From Eledone cirrhosa (taxonomy: Eukaryota), in the NCBI GenBank assembly GCA_964016885.1, contig OZ024740.1, positions 402,256,001-402,320,000 on the forward strand: a stretch of 64,000 nucleotides of DNA, in the 5' to 3' direction. Shown one piece after another: positions 51,548 through 63,628 of the stretch. The notes beneath the pieces are model-generated. The model was given only the letters and a program-made list of their open reading frames with translations, was not told the origin of the DNA and did not search any database. Position 1 is the stretch's first letter, and each line of letters opens with the position of its first letter. The translations under genes were made by a program, and so were the position numbers.

Positions 51548-52068
51548 GTAATTTTAACCCTTCTGTTGAGAACTCTATTCGATTTGTGATGTTTTGCATT
51601 CTTGCAATAATATACACAACTGAATTCATTCGCCTGATATAGGGGTTGCCTCCCTTGCCGATCTCCACGTGGGGCAGCAATAGTCAGTCCTTGTATTAGC
51701 ATTGAACTAAAACCTGTTGAGAAAGTGGCTTCCTTGTTCAATCATGTTACCAGAAGCCTAACATTATTTATGTAAGCGGACAGTACTTGATTTAGGAGCC
51801 GCAGAAACCCAAATGCTGGATTTTACCAACCTTCCAGGGGTCCGGGTAAATTTTCAATCACAGATATTTTTTATTTGTTTGACCCGAATTACTTGATCGT
51901 ATTTTTGGCTATGCGAATGATTGCTTAACCATCGTCTCAGTGTGTTTGGCCTTTAACGTTTGTTATAGCTCTGGTTCATCTGAATCATTGAGCACTTGCC
52001 ACACATCTCGGAGGTTGTTTTTCGTTATTTCGTGGGCCGAAATGCGATTCTCGATAATTTATATTTGT

Positions 52069-52146
<78 letters not shown>

Positions 52147-52185
52147 TATATTAATAAATGGAAACTATATTTATAAAACCATATT

Positions 52186-52250
52186 TATTTCATTATACAT
52201 ATTTCAAGGACGCCAAAGCAAATTATGGTGCGCTTTCATCAGATAAAATA
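52186..52250 (-). ncRNA. Type I hammerhead ribozyme
   Basis: TATTTTAT CTGATGA AAG..CTT GAAA TATGTAT A ATGAAATA. Stem I is 8 bp. Confidence 0.7.
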
Positions 52251-52323
52251 TAATATAGATCAGTTTTATAAACAGTTATAAAAATATTTACTTGTTGTAT
52301 CCCAACAAATTAAATAAAACTTC

Positions 52324-52385
<62 letters not shown>

Positions 52386-52606
52386 CGCTCCCCTGTCAGT
52401 GTCTGCATCACCCCCTCCATGTATGCCACGTCTTGTCAGTTTTCTTATTCTTTCTAAAGTAACAATGTTCTCAATAGTTAAACGTTTTATGTTAAATTTT
52501 ATATTATAAGAGTTTCACTTTAAGAATCTCAGTATTTATGAACTCTATAATCATGTAACTGATAAAAACACCTTTCAGGTATATTAAAAACAAAACACAA
52601 AATGAG

Positions 52607-52651
<45 letters not shown>

Positions 52652-53599
52652 ACACACACACACACACACAAACATATATATATATGTATATATTATATTT
52701 GTTTGCATATGTTTATATATGTATATATTTATGTGTATATAAATATGTATATATTTATATATGTATATGTATATATATATAAATGTATATATATGTGTGT
52801 CTGTGTGTATATACATGTATATATGAATGAGTGTGCGTGTGTGTGTGTGTATTTGTGTGTATGTATACTATTCTACCTCCCTCTGACACGTTCACATTTG
52901 TTTTTACATGTCTGTGGCCCGCCTTATATTTATTTAAACCGAATATGTGTTGAATGCATCTCAAGCGAACGATTCATTTTCAATGAGGCATGAAATTTCA
53001 CTTGTAAAACCCTTCAATCAAGTCATAAATACAACAACAAATAAACACCTATGTATATATCTATATACTTATGTTTGTACGTTATTATTAATACTATTAT
53101 TGATGATAGATTTGTGGTTTGTTGTAATTGTTGATCCTGTTTTTTCCTAGTCTTTTTAGGGATATACTTCTTTGGTTTAATATATTTTCATTATATTTGT
53201 TGCACAATATTTTGTTATCTTCCTTCAATCGAACAATCTTTTATAAAGTATTTCGGGCGGAATAATAGAAAATTCAGGTAAAACAAATACAGCACGTCAT
53301 AACATTTACCAGTAAAATAGACATTGAAATAAAATCCATATGACTGTTGACAAAATGTTTGCTAACACAGTAGCTCCAATTCATGATTAATCGTTCATGT
53401 GTTAAGTCATCCTCCTATTTCTTCTGTTTCATTGTGTTTCTATGAAATGTTATTCGTAGGAAGTAGTACATCTAGAGTGTCGATTAACAGTCGCCGATTT
53501 TCGTTTCATTTACAATGTTTTCGTTTATTCACCGAGGATAAATATGATTTCATTTCATCAATAACAATGAATCTGAGGAAGCGAGAGAAGAAGCATAAA

Positions 53600-54038
53600 T
53601 ACAGCGAAAGAGAGAGAGAGGGGGGAGACAAAGAGAGTGTGAGTGTGTGAGACAGAGAAAGAGAGAGTGTGTGTGTATGAGAGAGAGAGACAGAGAGAGA
53701 GTATATGTGTGAGGGAGAGAGAGCGGGAGACAAGAAGAGAGTGTATGTGTGAGAGAGAGATAGAGAGCGAAAGTGAGAGAGAGAATCATGGGAGGAGAGA
53801 ACGAGAGAACGAGAGAAAGAGAGAGAGAGAGAGAGGGAGAGAGAGCGAGAGAGAGAGAGAGAGGGAGGGAGAGAGAGAGAGAGAGGGAGAGAGAGAGAGA
53901 GGGAGAGAGAGAGAGGGAGAGAGAGCGAGAGAGAGAGAGAGAGATGGAGAGAGAGCGAGAGAGAGAGCGAGAGAGAGAGAGAGAGGGAGAGAGAGCGAGA
54001 GAGAGAGAGAGAGATGGAGAGAGAGCGAGAGAGAGAGC

Positions 54039-54074
<36 letters not shown>

Positions 54075-54096
54075 GCGAGAGAGAGAGAGAGAGAGG

Positions 54097-54152
<56 letters not shown>

Positions 54153-54165
54153 GGGGGAGAGAGAA
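53600..54165. repeat. (GA)n-rich polypurine tract
   Basis: Seen directly. Variant units GAGC, GGGA and GATGGA recur. Confidence 0.95.
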
Positions 54166-55438
54166 GATGCATGGTGATCGAATCAATATGTTATGCAAAA
54201 ATCAGCATGAATGTTGCTACTGGATCTGAGCCCCGCCAAAACATGGCCTATGTACTTAAATCAGATCAGCCCAGTTGACTCGAATGTAAATAGGCACAGA
54301 AAATTAGATACAATCAGTTTCTCTTAGTAACATTCACAGTACCGCTCCTGGGGTGTAGATTAAGTTACTCCCACGCCCTTTCATTTTCTTTCCTTACTTA
54401 ATATCTATTTTCCTTTTCTTTTCATCTTTTCCTTGACTTTGTTTTCCGTTTCCTTATTGTCATTTACGTTGGACAAATTTTATCACGTGTTCTCTATAGT
54501 TTAATAACGTGTTGTATTTGGCAATTACGTATTGTAAGTTCAGTTGATCAAACAACAGAATTCTCATCCCCAAAATTGACAGAGATGCCATTGTTAATCG
54601 GAAGTTGTTTGATAACTTGTAATGCTGTTTCACTCATATATACACAAATACAAATTCTGCACGGCGGAATTATTACTGCCACTAAATAAAAGTGTTTTGC
54701 AGGACGTATCTCAACATACTGGAAGTTAGATGCTTTTATTATTTATTATAGCATTATCTAGGAGATGGAACATTATTGCAAGAGAAGCTTAACGTCTGTT
54801 ACCCTCCAGGAACGGTGAATATTTATCCCCAACAGACAAAAGAGTGTATGGATATACATAAGACATTATGTCTATGAAAAAATCACTGCGTGTTTTTTTT
54901 CCAAAAGTACGCTTCATGCATACTGCAATTCAATATGCCTCAGCATAGACACACAAACACACACATACACACAATTACACAAACACACACACACACACAG
55001 ACACACACACATCAACATCTTCGTTCGTTTCAATTTATTCCACAACCTACCGTCTATTATCCATTATCGTAGCCTTCACATAACCTGCTGTTTGATACAA
55101 TAATTCAAAGCTTCAAAAATATATAGCAAAGAAGGTGTGGTAAGATGCCAGGTGGACCATAACGCATCATAGTACGATACTTACGGTAGTGGAGTGGGTA
55201 TTATGAAAAAGAGTCAGCACCCTGACAGCTGAGTTCCGACCGATTCGACAGCAGTCGAAACCGAAACGGCCGGAGCTCAACCGTCGGGGTTCTGACTTTT
55301 TCATATATATATATATATAGTGTTTCTGATTTGGACGGCCGATTGAGCAGAGGTTTCGAGATTAGAAATTGATAGTAACGTAACCATTACCATGCTAATC
55401 GATACATTGATCTCCATCGATCAATCGACACTCTAAAA

Positions 55439-55731
55439 TAGGCATGGGCAACCTTTTTCAATAAACAGGCCGTATAAGATATGACTCATCATTAGGCGTG
55501 TCGCTAGCGCTAATTCACATTCGTGCCCACATTAAAAGAAAAAGGGTGGTAACTCAGGCTGTTTTGATTTGTCTCTTCAAAATTCGTACAAGTTGTTTTC
55601 CTCGAGCGTAATAATGATAGAAAGATAAATTATGACTGAAAAGTTGGGGTAAAAAAATCAGAAAGATATCACTTACGTGACTTAGGGGAGCCATTCAGAA
55701 AGCTTCGCGGACCACAGGTCGCGCATGACAG
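55439..55731. mobile_element. hAT (Charlie-like) MITE
   Basis: Degenerate 15-bp TIRs TAGGCATGGGCAACC and GGTCGCGCATGACAG. 8-bp flanks CTCTAAAA and GCTTAAAT match only partly. Confidence 0.5.
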
Positions 55732-55741
55732 GCTTAAATCT

Positions 55742-55814
55742 TGGAGAATCCGGGTATCGATCCCGGTACCTCTCGCATGCAAAGCGAGCGCTCTACCATC
55801 TGAGCAAATTCCCC
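55742..55814 (-). tRNA. tRNA-Ala(TGC), structurally intact
   Basis: 73-nt cloverleaf with all stems paired, G3.U70, and ATCG T-loop typical of eukaryotic tRNA-Ala. Confidence 0.9.
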
Positions 55815-56189
55815 TCTCAGAAATCAGCTAAATTATATACATCTATACAGTGAATGACATATGGACTCAGCCATCAATAAGAAAGAATCTGTATGAAAAT
55901 AATATATAATATTTCTAATCATTCTAGTGCTGAATGCGTAGTTTCCAGTCTGTAAAGAGGTGTACACAGCCTCAAGGATATGGTCCGAAGGTGGAAGAGC
56001 CGAACTCCCATTGTCATCACCTCCATTTCTCCCACCCTGCCCGTCTCTCCGTATAGTAAGAAAATGGGTTCATATGTGCTGGCCTCCACAGAGCCCCCGG
56101 AAGGGGATGCCTGACAGCCATACTCAGAAGAATATCACCGGATGCAGCAGGCTTAAAGAAAAAAATAATTTAAAAGATATCTTGACACA

Positions 56190-56261
56190 TGGAGAATCCG
56201 AGCATCGATTCCGCTACCTCTTCCATGCAATGGAGCGCTCTACCATCTGAGCTAAGTCTCC
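56190..56261 (-). pseudogene. tRNA-Ala pseudogene
   Basis: 1-nt deletion in the anticodon arm, plus acceptor and T-stem mismatches. Confidence 0.8.
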
Positions 56262-56531
56262 TAACGCAGACATCTATATAGGGATAGAAAATGTTGATCT
56301 TGGATTCTATTTGTCTGGGGCGTGAAATTTAATATTTAATTCTCTCTAGTAAATTATTTGACAATGATTTAAGTTAAATGATATCTTCTGAGGCGATTTG
56401 CAAGCTGTTCAAATTTAAGGTCCAGTTGTGTTACTACTTCTATCGATTTAAATCTCAAAAGAAGATCACCGGATGCAGTAGGCTTAAAGAATAATAACAA
56501 ATAAAAAAATAAAATAAAAAGTCTTGACACA

Positions 56532-56603
56532 TGGAGATTCCGAGCATCGATCCCGATATCTCCCGCATGCTAAGCGAGCGCTCTACCATCTGAGATAATC
56601 CCC
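56532..56603 (-). pseudogene. tRNA-Ala(AGC), probable pseudogene
   Basis: D-stem and acceptor defects. The anticodon arm is intact. Confidence 0.7.
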
Positions 56604-56689
56604 TCACATGCCTGTATTACTCTAGAATATATATACATATATAGTAAATGTCAACAGCGGTCTCGCATCAATTCTGTTTGTTATATGAT

Positions 56690-56690
56690 T

Positions 56691-56724
<34 letters not shown>

Positions 56725-56789
56725 AGAAGAAGAAGAAGAAGAAGAAGAAGAAGAAGAAGAAGAAGAAGAAGAAGAAGAAGAAGAAGAAG

Positions 56790-56841
<52 letters not shown>

Positions 56842-56900
56842 GCAGCAGCAGCAGCAACAGCAACAACAACAACAACAACAACAACAGCATCAACAACAAG
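56690..56900. repeat. Compound trinucleotide microsatellite (AAG)n(AAC)n(AGC)n(AAC)n
   Basis: Seen directly. Confidence 0.95.
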
Positions 56901-57250
56901 ATGAAAATAGAAGAAAAATAAAAAAAGTATTGCAAAAGAAAGATTAAGACTTGAAGAATCGCGGTGATCTTAGATTAATTCTATTTCTCTGATTAGTTAA
57001 ATTATCGTAAGTTTGATATTATGTATTTTCTTTGACTGATACGATTTCTATGTATTTTGTATTATGAGATTTGCTTTTATAAAAAATACCTGGTTCAAAT
57101 CCTCCGGCAGGATTTTCAAGCTGTTTGAATATAACGACCAATTGTGTGATTTCTTCAGTCGACTGTACCGTACAACCATCCTCAAAAGAAGACCATGTGA
57201 GGCTGTAGTTTTGAAGAAGAAAAAAACAATTTAAAAGATATCTTGACACA

Positions 57251-57323
57251 TGGAGAATCCGGGCATCGATTCCGGTACCTCTCGCATGCTAAGCGAGCGC
57301 TCTACCATCTGAACTAAGTCCCC
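57251..57323 (-). tRNA. tRNA-Ala(AGC), near-intact or recent pseudogene
   Basis: 73 nt with G3.U70. Mismatches at 6:67 and 53:61. T-run terminator downstream. Confidence 0.7.
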
Positions 57324-57544
57324 TCATACTAGCACTTAAATTATATACATCTACATAGTGAATGGTTGATCTTGGATTTATTCCATTTGTCTGGTTTGTC
57401 AAAATTAACATTTACTTCTCCTTAGCAACAGATTTCACAAATATTGTAAGTTAAGTGATATGTATTTTTCTTTAAATAGGATTAATCAAAGATCAATGTT
57501 TGCTGTTCACTATATAGATGTATATAATTTCGCTGTTTGTGTAA

Positions 57545-57617
57545 GGGGAATTAGCACAGATGGTAAAGCGCTGGTTTAGCATGCGAGAGGTACCGGGATC
57601 GATACCCGGATTCTCCA
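57545..57617 (+). pseudogene. tRNA-Ala(AGC) pseudogene
   Basis: Broken D-stem (GCAC/AAGC) and anticodon stem. Confidence 0.8.
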
Positions 57618-57961
57618 GGTGCAAAGACTTTATTTAAATTACTTTTTCTTCGTTAAAACTACAGCAACACCTGACCTTCTTCTGAGGATGGCTGTCCTGT
57701 ATAGTCTATTGAAGTAATCACACAATTGGTCGTTAAATTCGAACAGTTTGAAAATTGCGCCGGAGGATTTGAACCAAGTATGTTTTATAAAAACCAAATC
57801 TCACAATGCAAAATACATAGAAATCGAATCAGTCTAAGAAAATACATAATATCAAACTTACGATCATTGTCAAATCTGTATTAATTTTAACTAACCAGTG
57901 AAATAGAATTGATCCAAGATCATTCACTATATAGATGTATATAATTTTGTGATTTGTGTGA

Positions 57962-58034
57962 TGTGAATTAGCTCAGATGGTAGAGCGTTCGCTTAGCTTG
58001 CGAGAGGTACCGGGATCGATGCCCGGATTCCCCA
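57962..58034 (+). pseudogene. tRNA-Ala(AGC) pseudogene
   Basis: Acceptor TGTGAAT/ATTCCCC has lost G3.U70. Confidence 0.8.
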
Positions 58035-58240
58035 TGTCATAAGCTGTCTTTTGCAATAATTCTTGATCTTTCTTCTATTCTCATCTTGTTGTTATTCTCC
58101 TTCTTCTGCTTTTTCATCTTCATTCCAGCAGCATCACGTGACCTAACTGTGAGAAGGGCTGTCAGCCATAGTCCATAGAACTAATCATAGACAGCTCTTG
58201 ACATTTACTATATATATTCTAGAGTAGCATACACGTGTGA

Positions 58241-58313
58241 GGGGAGTTAGCTCAGATGGTAGAGTGCTCGCTTTGCATCCTGGAGGTAGCGGAATCGATG
58301 CCCGGATTCTCCA
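58241..58313 (+). pseudogene. tRNA-Ala(TGC) pseudogene
   Basis: Anticodon stem 3' side is CCTGG and the T-stem is mismatched. Confidence 0.8.
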
Positions 58314-58446
58314 TGTGTTAAGATATCATTTAAAATATGTTTTCTTCTTTATGGCTGCTTCATCCGGTGATCTTCAGAATATGGCTGTCAGGCAATATGA
58401 GAATAGAAGAAAGATAAAAAAATATTGTAAAAGATAGATAAAGTCT

Positions 58447-58519
58447 TGGGGAATCCTGGCATCGATTCCGCTATATCTCGCATGCCAAGCGAGCGCTCTA
58501 CCATTTGAGCTAATTCCGC
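58447..58519 (-). pseudogene. tRNA-Ala(GGC) pseudogene
   Basis: Intact D and anticodon stems, GGC anticodon, damaged acceptor and T stems. Confidence 0.78.
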
Positions 58520-58661
58520 TCACACGTGCGTCTTGTTCTAGAATATATATACATATATAGTAAATGTCTCGGACGAATTCTATTTGTTCTATGATTAGTT
58601 CTATCGACTATCGCTGACAGCCCTCCTCATAGGTAGGTCACGTTATGCTGCTGGTGTCATG

Positions 58662-61600
58662 AATAATAATAATAATAATAATGCTTTCTTTATTTACCAC
58701 AAGGGTTTCCATAAAGTAGAGAGTACAGGACAATACAGGACGGTACAATGGGCATTCCTGCGTGAAAAAAACAAAAACAGAGGATGTAACAGCGTCACTA
58801 CGCCCCGGCTCACAGCACTGGGAATACTCCCGTTTTGCTACCAGTTGCAGTAGAGGATTTCGAGGAGATTGGAGCACAAGTCTGGCATAATTACGTAAAT
58901 CTCGTAGGGCAGACTTTCCAAACCGGGTGACTTGCGGCTCATGCAGCCGACAAGGGCATCCTGAATCTCGGCTGAAGTAATTGGCCTTTCGCAGCGCCCA
59001 GCGTCAGCCGTCGAGAGTTGCGGCAAGCCATCGAGGTAGGGACTGAAGTCCGCCACCATCTCTGACCCGCCACTTCCCCCGAACAACCGAGCCAAATATT
59101 GGCAAAAGGCCTCACACATCCTCTTGGAATCGCTCAGCTCGTGCCCGTCTCGGTCCGTCAAAGACCGAATCGTGGTTTTATTACCACGCTGCGCCTCTGC
59201 CACGCGGGTCCATCGAACAGCTTTGGTTCCCTCGTTTCTCAGAGCACGCGTCTTAGCTCTGACAATGCAACCTTCGTGTTTCGCGTTGTAGAAATGGTCT
59301 AATACCATTCTCTCCGCTAGCACGTCAGTTGCAATGCCACTACCAATAGCCTCGTCTAACTTATCTACCAACTCCCCCTCCTTTCTATTTTTCTCTAACG
59401 CTACTCCTTTGCTAAACTCTATCGACATTACTATAATCTCTTTTTTGAGAGCCCCCCACCATCTATTGTTGACGACTCCCCCTGTCAACTTTTTCTTAAC
59501 TAAATTGCTGACCTGGTCCCTGTAAGCCTTACGTGCCGGAAATGACATGTTTAGCTTCCAGTAACCAGGTCCTAACCTACGCGTCTTATCTAGGTCCACC
59601 ATACAGATCACAAACTTGTGATCTGAATAGGCGACCGTTTCAAGACGTGGTCAGCTGACACTATTTCGCTCTATTTTCCTAATGAATATCCTGTCTATAT
59701 ACGATCTAGATGACCCTGTGCGGTTACCCAGGTCCACACTGGCGCATTAGGCAAATCTAGTCGGTACCTGTCAGACAGTTGGAACTGGCTGATCAGGTTC
59801 TTGAGGCTTTTGCACCCCCCGCCCGCCCCCGCTCCTATCGGATACTCCCACACGGTCCTAGCGTACGTCTAAACTGCCGTTTCAGTCCCCCGCTAATAGT
59901 AAAGGGCGAGACGTACCCAGAAAGGCTTCCAGGCGTCTAAAGAAGTACGGCCGTCCTGCCCCAGTAGGAGCATAGACGGCCACCAGTCTAAAGGCACCAC
60001 GTTCGTTATTGTTCGCGTCCAGGACCACCAACTTCCCGTCCGGGTCCCGGATGATCGACCTTACCTCGAGATCCAGGCCTTTCCTAAACAGCACTGCCAC
60101 TCCGCCTCCCATTCCCGGCCGGCTAACAGATGCAAAGATCTGATAGTCGTCGAAAATGGGGGCTAGTGCGCGCGTGTCGGAAATCCTGGTCTCGCTGACT
60201 GCAATTACATCCATTTCTATAGACCTGAGGTCGTTGAACAGGTGACCCTGCTTCCAGGAGGATCCCAGGCTTCGAACATTTAAACATTCTACTCTTAATA
60301 CGGCCATGTTGTCAGGTTAAACAGAGAGAGAGTAAGGCTTACTTATCTTCCGGGCTCTTGTGAAGGTCGGGTTGTTCGACCTCCATAGTTGGTGGGGTTT
60401 CTTTTGGGAACCCCTTTAAAAGTCTTGAAGTGGGTTTTACGTTCGGGGTTCCCACGTCCCGAGGAAAGCTGTCTCGTATTTCTTTGAATATGTCGAACGA
60501 CATTCGCACCAGAACCAAATCTTCTGGCACGCGAAATGTGCTCGATTTAAAAATGTCCCCCTCTTTTTGTATATTTTCACTTCGTGCTACGAGGGCCATC
60601 AGTTACTGGTTGGCCCTCCTGACGAGCACGAAGTTTTGTATGTTTTGTTGGTGTGGTTTTATTTGTTTTCGTGGCCGTGATGGTGATGGTTTTGGTGGTG
60701 TTGTTTCAGTTGTATCTGTGTTTGTCGTGAGTGCGGTGTCTGTGGTTTCAGATGTTTGTGTGTATATTTGTTCTTACGTCTGTTTCGGTTGTTTGCGTTT
60801 GGGGGATTCTGGTGATGGTGATGGTGGTGTTGATGTTGGTGTTATTGGAGAGATATTTGCGTGGGTGGTGTCTGCGTTTTTTATTGTGGGTGCTTTTGTG
60901 CTTTGTTGAGTTTTTTTTTTTCTTTTTGTTTCCTTTTTTGTATTTTGGGGGATTTGGGTTTTCCCTCATTTTCACTACTGGTAGATGAGGGGTCTGTGTC
61001 TGTAAGTGTGTCTGTATGTATGTTTATGGTTTTATTGGTGTGTGTATTTTTTTTTGGGGGGGGGGGGGGATTTGACAGCTTTCCTCGTTTCTCCCTTGGG
61101 TGGTCAATTTTGGTGGTGGTCTTTCTATTGGTGTTGTTGTTGGTGGTTTTGCCGGTGCTGGTGTTGGTTGTGGTCCTCGCCCCGGCGTCGGCAGCAGTGG
61201 AGCCTTTCGACCCCTTGCCTCTTTCAGCAGTTGAGGGCAGAAGGCTCGCAAATGGGTTTTTTCCCCACAAACAAAACAGTGCGGCGTTCGCCTTCGGTCA
61301 TAATGTGAATGACCGTCCCATTCTGAAGGCGGATGTGGTCCGGGATTGTCTTCACATTCTCGGGCCTGATCTGGAGAAGGATCTCCAGGTCAACCCCGGA
61401 CCAGTCCTCTCTGGCCGTTCTGGTCACTTCTATAGGGACGGTATCCGTCCCCTCCACAATCACACATCCCAGAAGCCACCACATTCAAGTCCTGGTGGGA
61501 TTCTGGCAATGCGGAGACGGGCCGTTCTTTTTCCCATGTGGGAGGGGTACTTTATGACCTTGCTGGTTTTGCAAGGAGTCATAGCGTGTTTCATAGCGAG

Positions 61601-62530
61601 GGCTTCTGACTTGAACAACACCGAAATGGTGCCGTACTGTCTGCCCCTCTCGATGTATTCGGTGTCTTCTCTGATGCACCTCAGCGCAACTTTGACATCT
61701 TCTTGTGGGATTAAAGCTGCCCTTTTGGTTTGTGCTGAGATGCATCTATAATGCACCGTTCTGCGCTCCACTGCCTCAATAGCTTCTACCGGGGCACTTA
61801 AGTTGGCCCAGCTTTGCTCTTGCTTGATGAGCTTCCATGCCTGGGCCAACTTTTCATCTTTGTCTGAGAGGTCCATGTTGAAGCATGGCCTCTTTTTTTC
61901 TGCTGCCGCAGCGAAAGTTTTCTTATTCTTTTCGTTGGGGGTGTTGTTGTCGTTGTCGTTGTTCTTGTTGGTGTTGTTGTTAGCACTGTCGCTGTTATCA
62001 TTGTTGTCTTTGTTGCCACCGTTGTTCTCGGTGCAGTTCGTATTGTTGCTGTTGGTGTTGTCGCTATGTGTTTTCATGTTAGTGGTGTTGATATTGTTGT
62101 TGTATTTGTTTGTTTTTTTTTGTTATCTGTATTTTCGTTGTCGCTGGTACTGTCATTTTTTTAAAAATTAGAGTTCTCATTGGTATTATTGGTGTCTTTG
62201 TTTACATTGTTTGTGGTGGTGTTTGTGTTATCAATTTGTGTTAATTTCGCTGTAGCGCTCCTCTCAACTTCCACGTCGTTGTCGCACGACAGCCGACATA
62301 TCGGGGGGGGGGGGGGGGCGTGGCTCAGTCATGTTTTGTTTTCTCCGTAAATGTTTTAACATGTAAAAAAAATTCAAATATTTGGGCCAAAAGGCCCAAA
62401 TATTATACTTTCCCCTTTACAGGGCAAAGTCTAAGGGCTTATATCAGTTACACAGCAAGAAATATTTAACAACAAATAATTTTAACAGGCAAATAAAGGG
62501 ACTTACTTGGAGTGAGCAAAATACGTCCGC
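58662..62530 (-). mobile_element. L1/Tx1-clade LINE with ORF1 and APE endonuclease but nearly all of the RT deleted
   Basis: ORF1 pieces at ~60340-62077 with zinc knuckle CFVCGEKTHLRAFC. APE motifs LNVRSL, SET, VYAP, AGD, IDRI and SDH. GYWKLN and KSPG follow, then a jump to the 3' UTR at ~58786. (ATT)n tail. The 5' limit is approximate. Confidence 0.85.
58790..60307 (-). pseudogene. LINE ORF2 remnant (APE endonuclease, linker, RT start)
   Basis: ORFs 59882-60307 and 58838-59611 with stops and frameshifts between them. Confidence 0.85.
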
Positions 62531-62537
62531 TTAGACC

Positions 62538-62576
<39 letters not shown>

Positions 62577-62835
62577 TAGGATTTGGAACTGCCATGAAGT
62601 CAAAGTGATCCCGATTGTCATAGGCGCACTAGGGACTATCTCAAAACGTTTCCAGGGATGGTTAAAGAAAATTGGCCCCTTCACGCTTTTTGGAACGCTT
62701 CAAAAGGCATGCTTGCTGGGAACAGCAAGAACCCTCCGATACGTCCTGAATATCTGAGGCTGCAGGTAGTGGCTTGATATTCATTTCAACAAACTTTCCT
62801 GTTAACTAACACCAATGACTGAGACTCAAAAAACA
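62577..62835 (+). mobile_element. R4/Dong-like non-LTR retrotransposon 3' fragment in (TAA)n
   Basis: VKVIPIVIGALGTI..LQKACLLGTARTLRYVL* C-terminus, with (TAA)n on both sides. Confidence 0.75.
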
Positions 62836-62849
62836 ATAATAATAATAAT

Positions 62850-63588
62850 GATTTCATTTATTGGCCACAAGGGCCGACATATAGGGGACAATACAAAAGA
62901 CTGGGACAGTGGGGTTTTACAGAAAAATCGAGTAAACAATATGAATAAACAAAGTAACAATAACACAGTAACAGTAAAATAACAATAAAATTACAACAAG
63001 GAAAAAATTCCCCAATAGGGGGGATGACCACCTAGGGTTCGCTCAGGTACCCCACCAGTCCTGAACGACCCGACGCTTCGAGAGCACCCTGGAAGCGCAC
63101 CCCTCTCCTCTTCAAATTTACCTACCTACAGCCGCATGACCAGAGTAGGCCCACTCACACGGGCCATTCTCGCCACATTCACCCACCTTTCAGCAAATGT
63201 ACGGATGGGGGGGGGGAGCACTTCTCTCTCCACCCTCACCTTCCTTTCCAAGTGAAACTTGAAAAAGTTGATGAGGGATTGGCCGAAGAGAAAAGTGTCT
63301 GTCTTCAGTCCTTTCAACCTCGTCCACCATACAACCTCTTTCGCTGCTGCCACCAGACAGAGGAAAATTGCCTGCCCTTCCTGGCCAAAAGAAGGCGGCG
63401 GGTCGATCTTCAATATGGACTCGGCCAATAGCCGGATCCGTTCTACACCGCGACAACAGCTGTTCAACATAACTCCATAAGTCAGTAATGCACGGACACT
63501 GGACGAGTGCGTGCAGAACGGTTTCGTCGCTCTGCGCGCATCTCGGGCAGGTCCGTCTGACAGCACTTCCGTGCCTGTAGAGTTTATT
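62850..63588 (-). mobile_element. L1/Tx1 3' fragment
   Basis: CPRCAQSDETVLHALVQC and AKEVVWWTRLKGL, tail CCCTTGTGGCCAATAAA. Confidence 0.85.
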
Positions 63589-63628
63589 AACCACAAGGGT
63601 TTACATGAAGTAATAATAATAATAATAA

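Noticed and set aside
53400-53572. Strong-looking splice acceptor on the minus strand
   Set aside because: The pyrimidine tract is supplied by the (TC)n repeat and the frame stops after about 20 codons.
53506-56935. Poly-ER/LS and poly-K/N/F/L ORFs
   Set aside because: They are translations of simple repeats.
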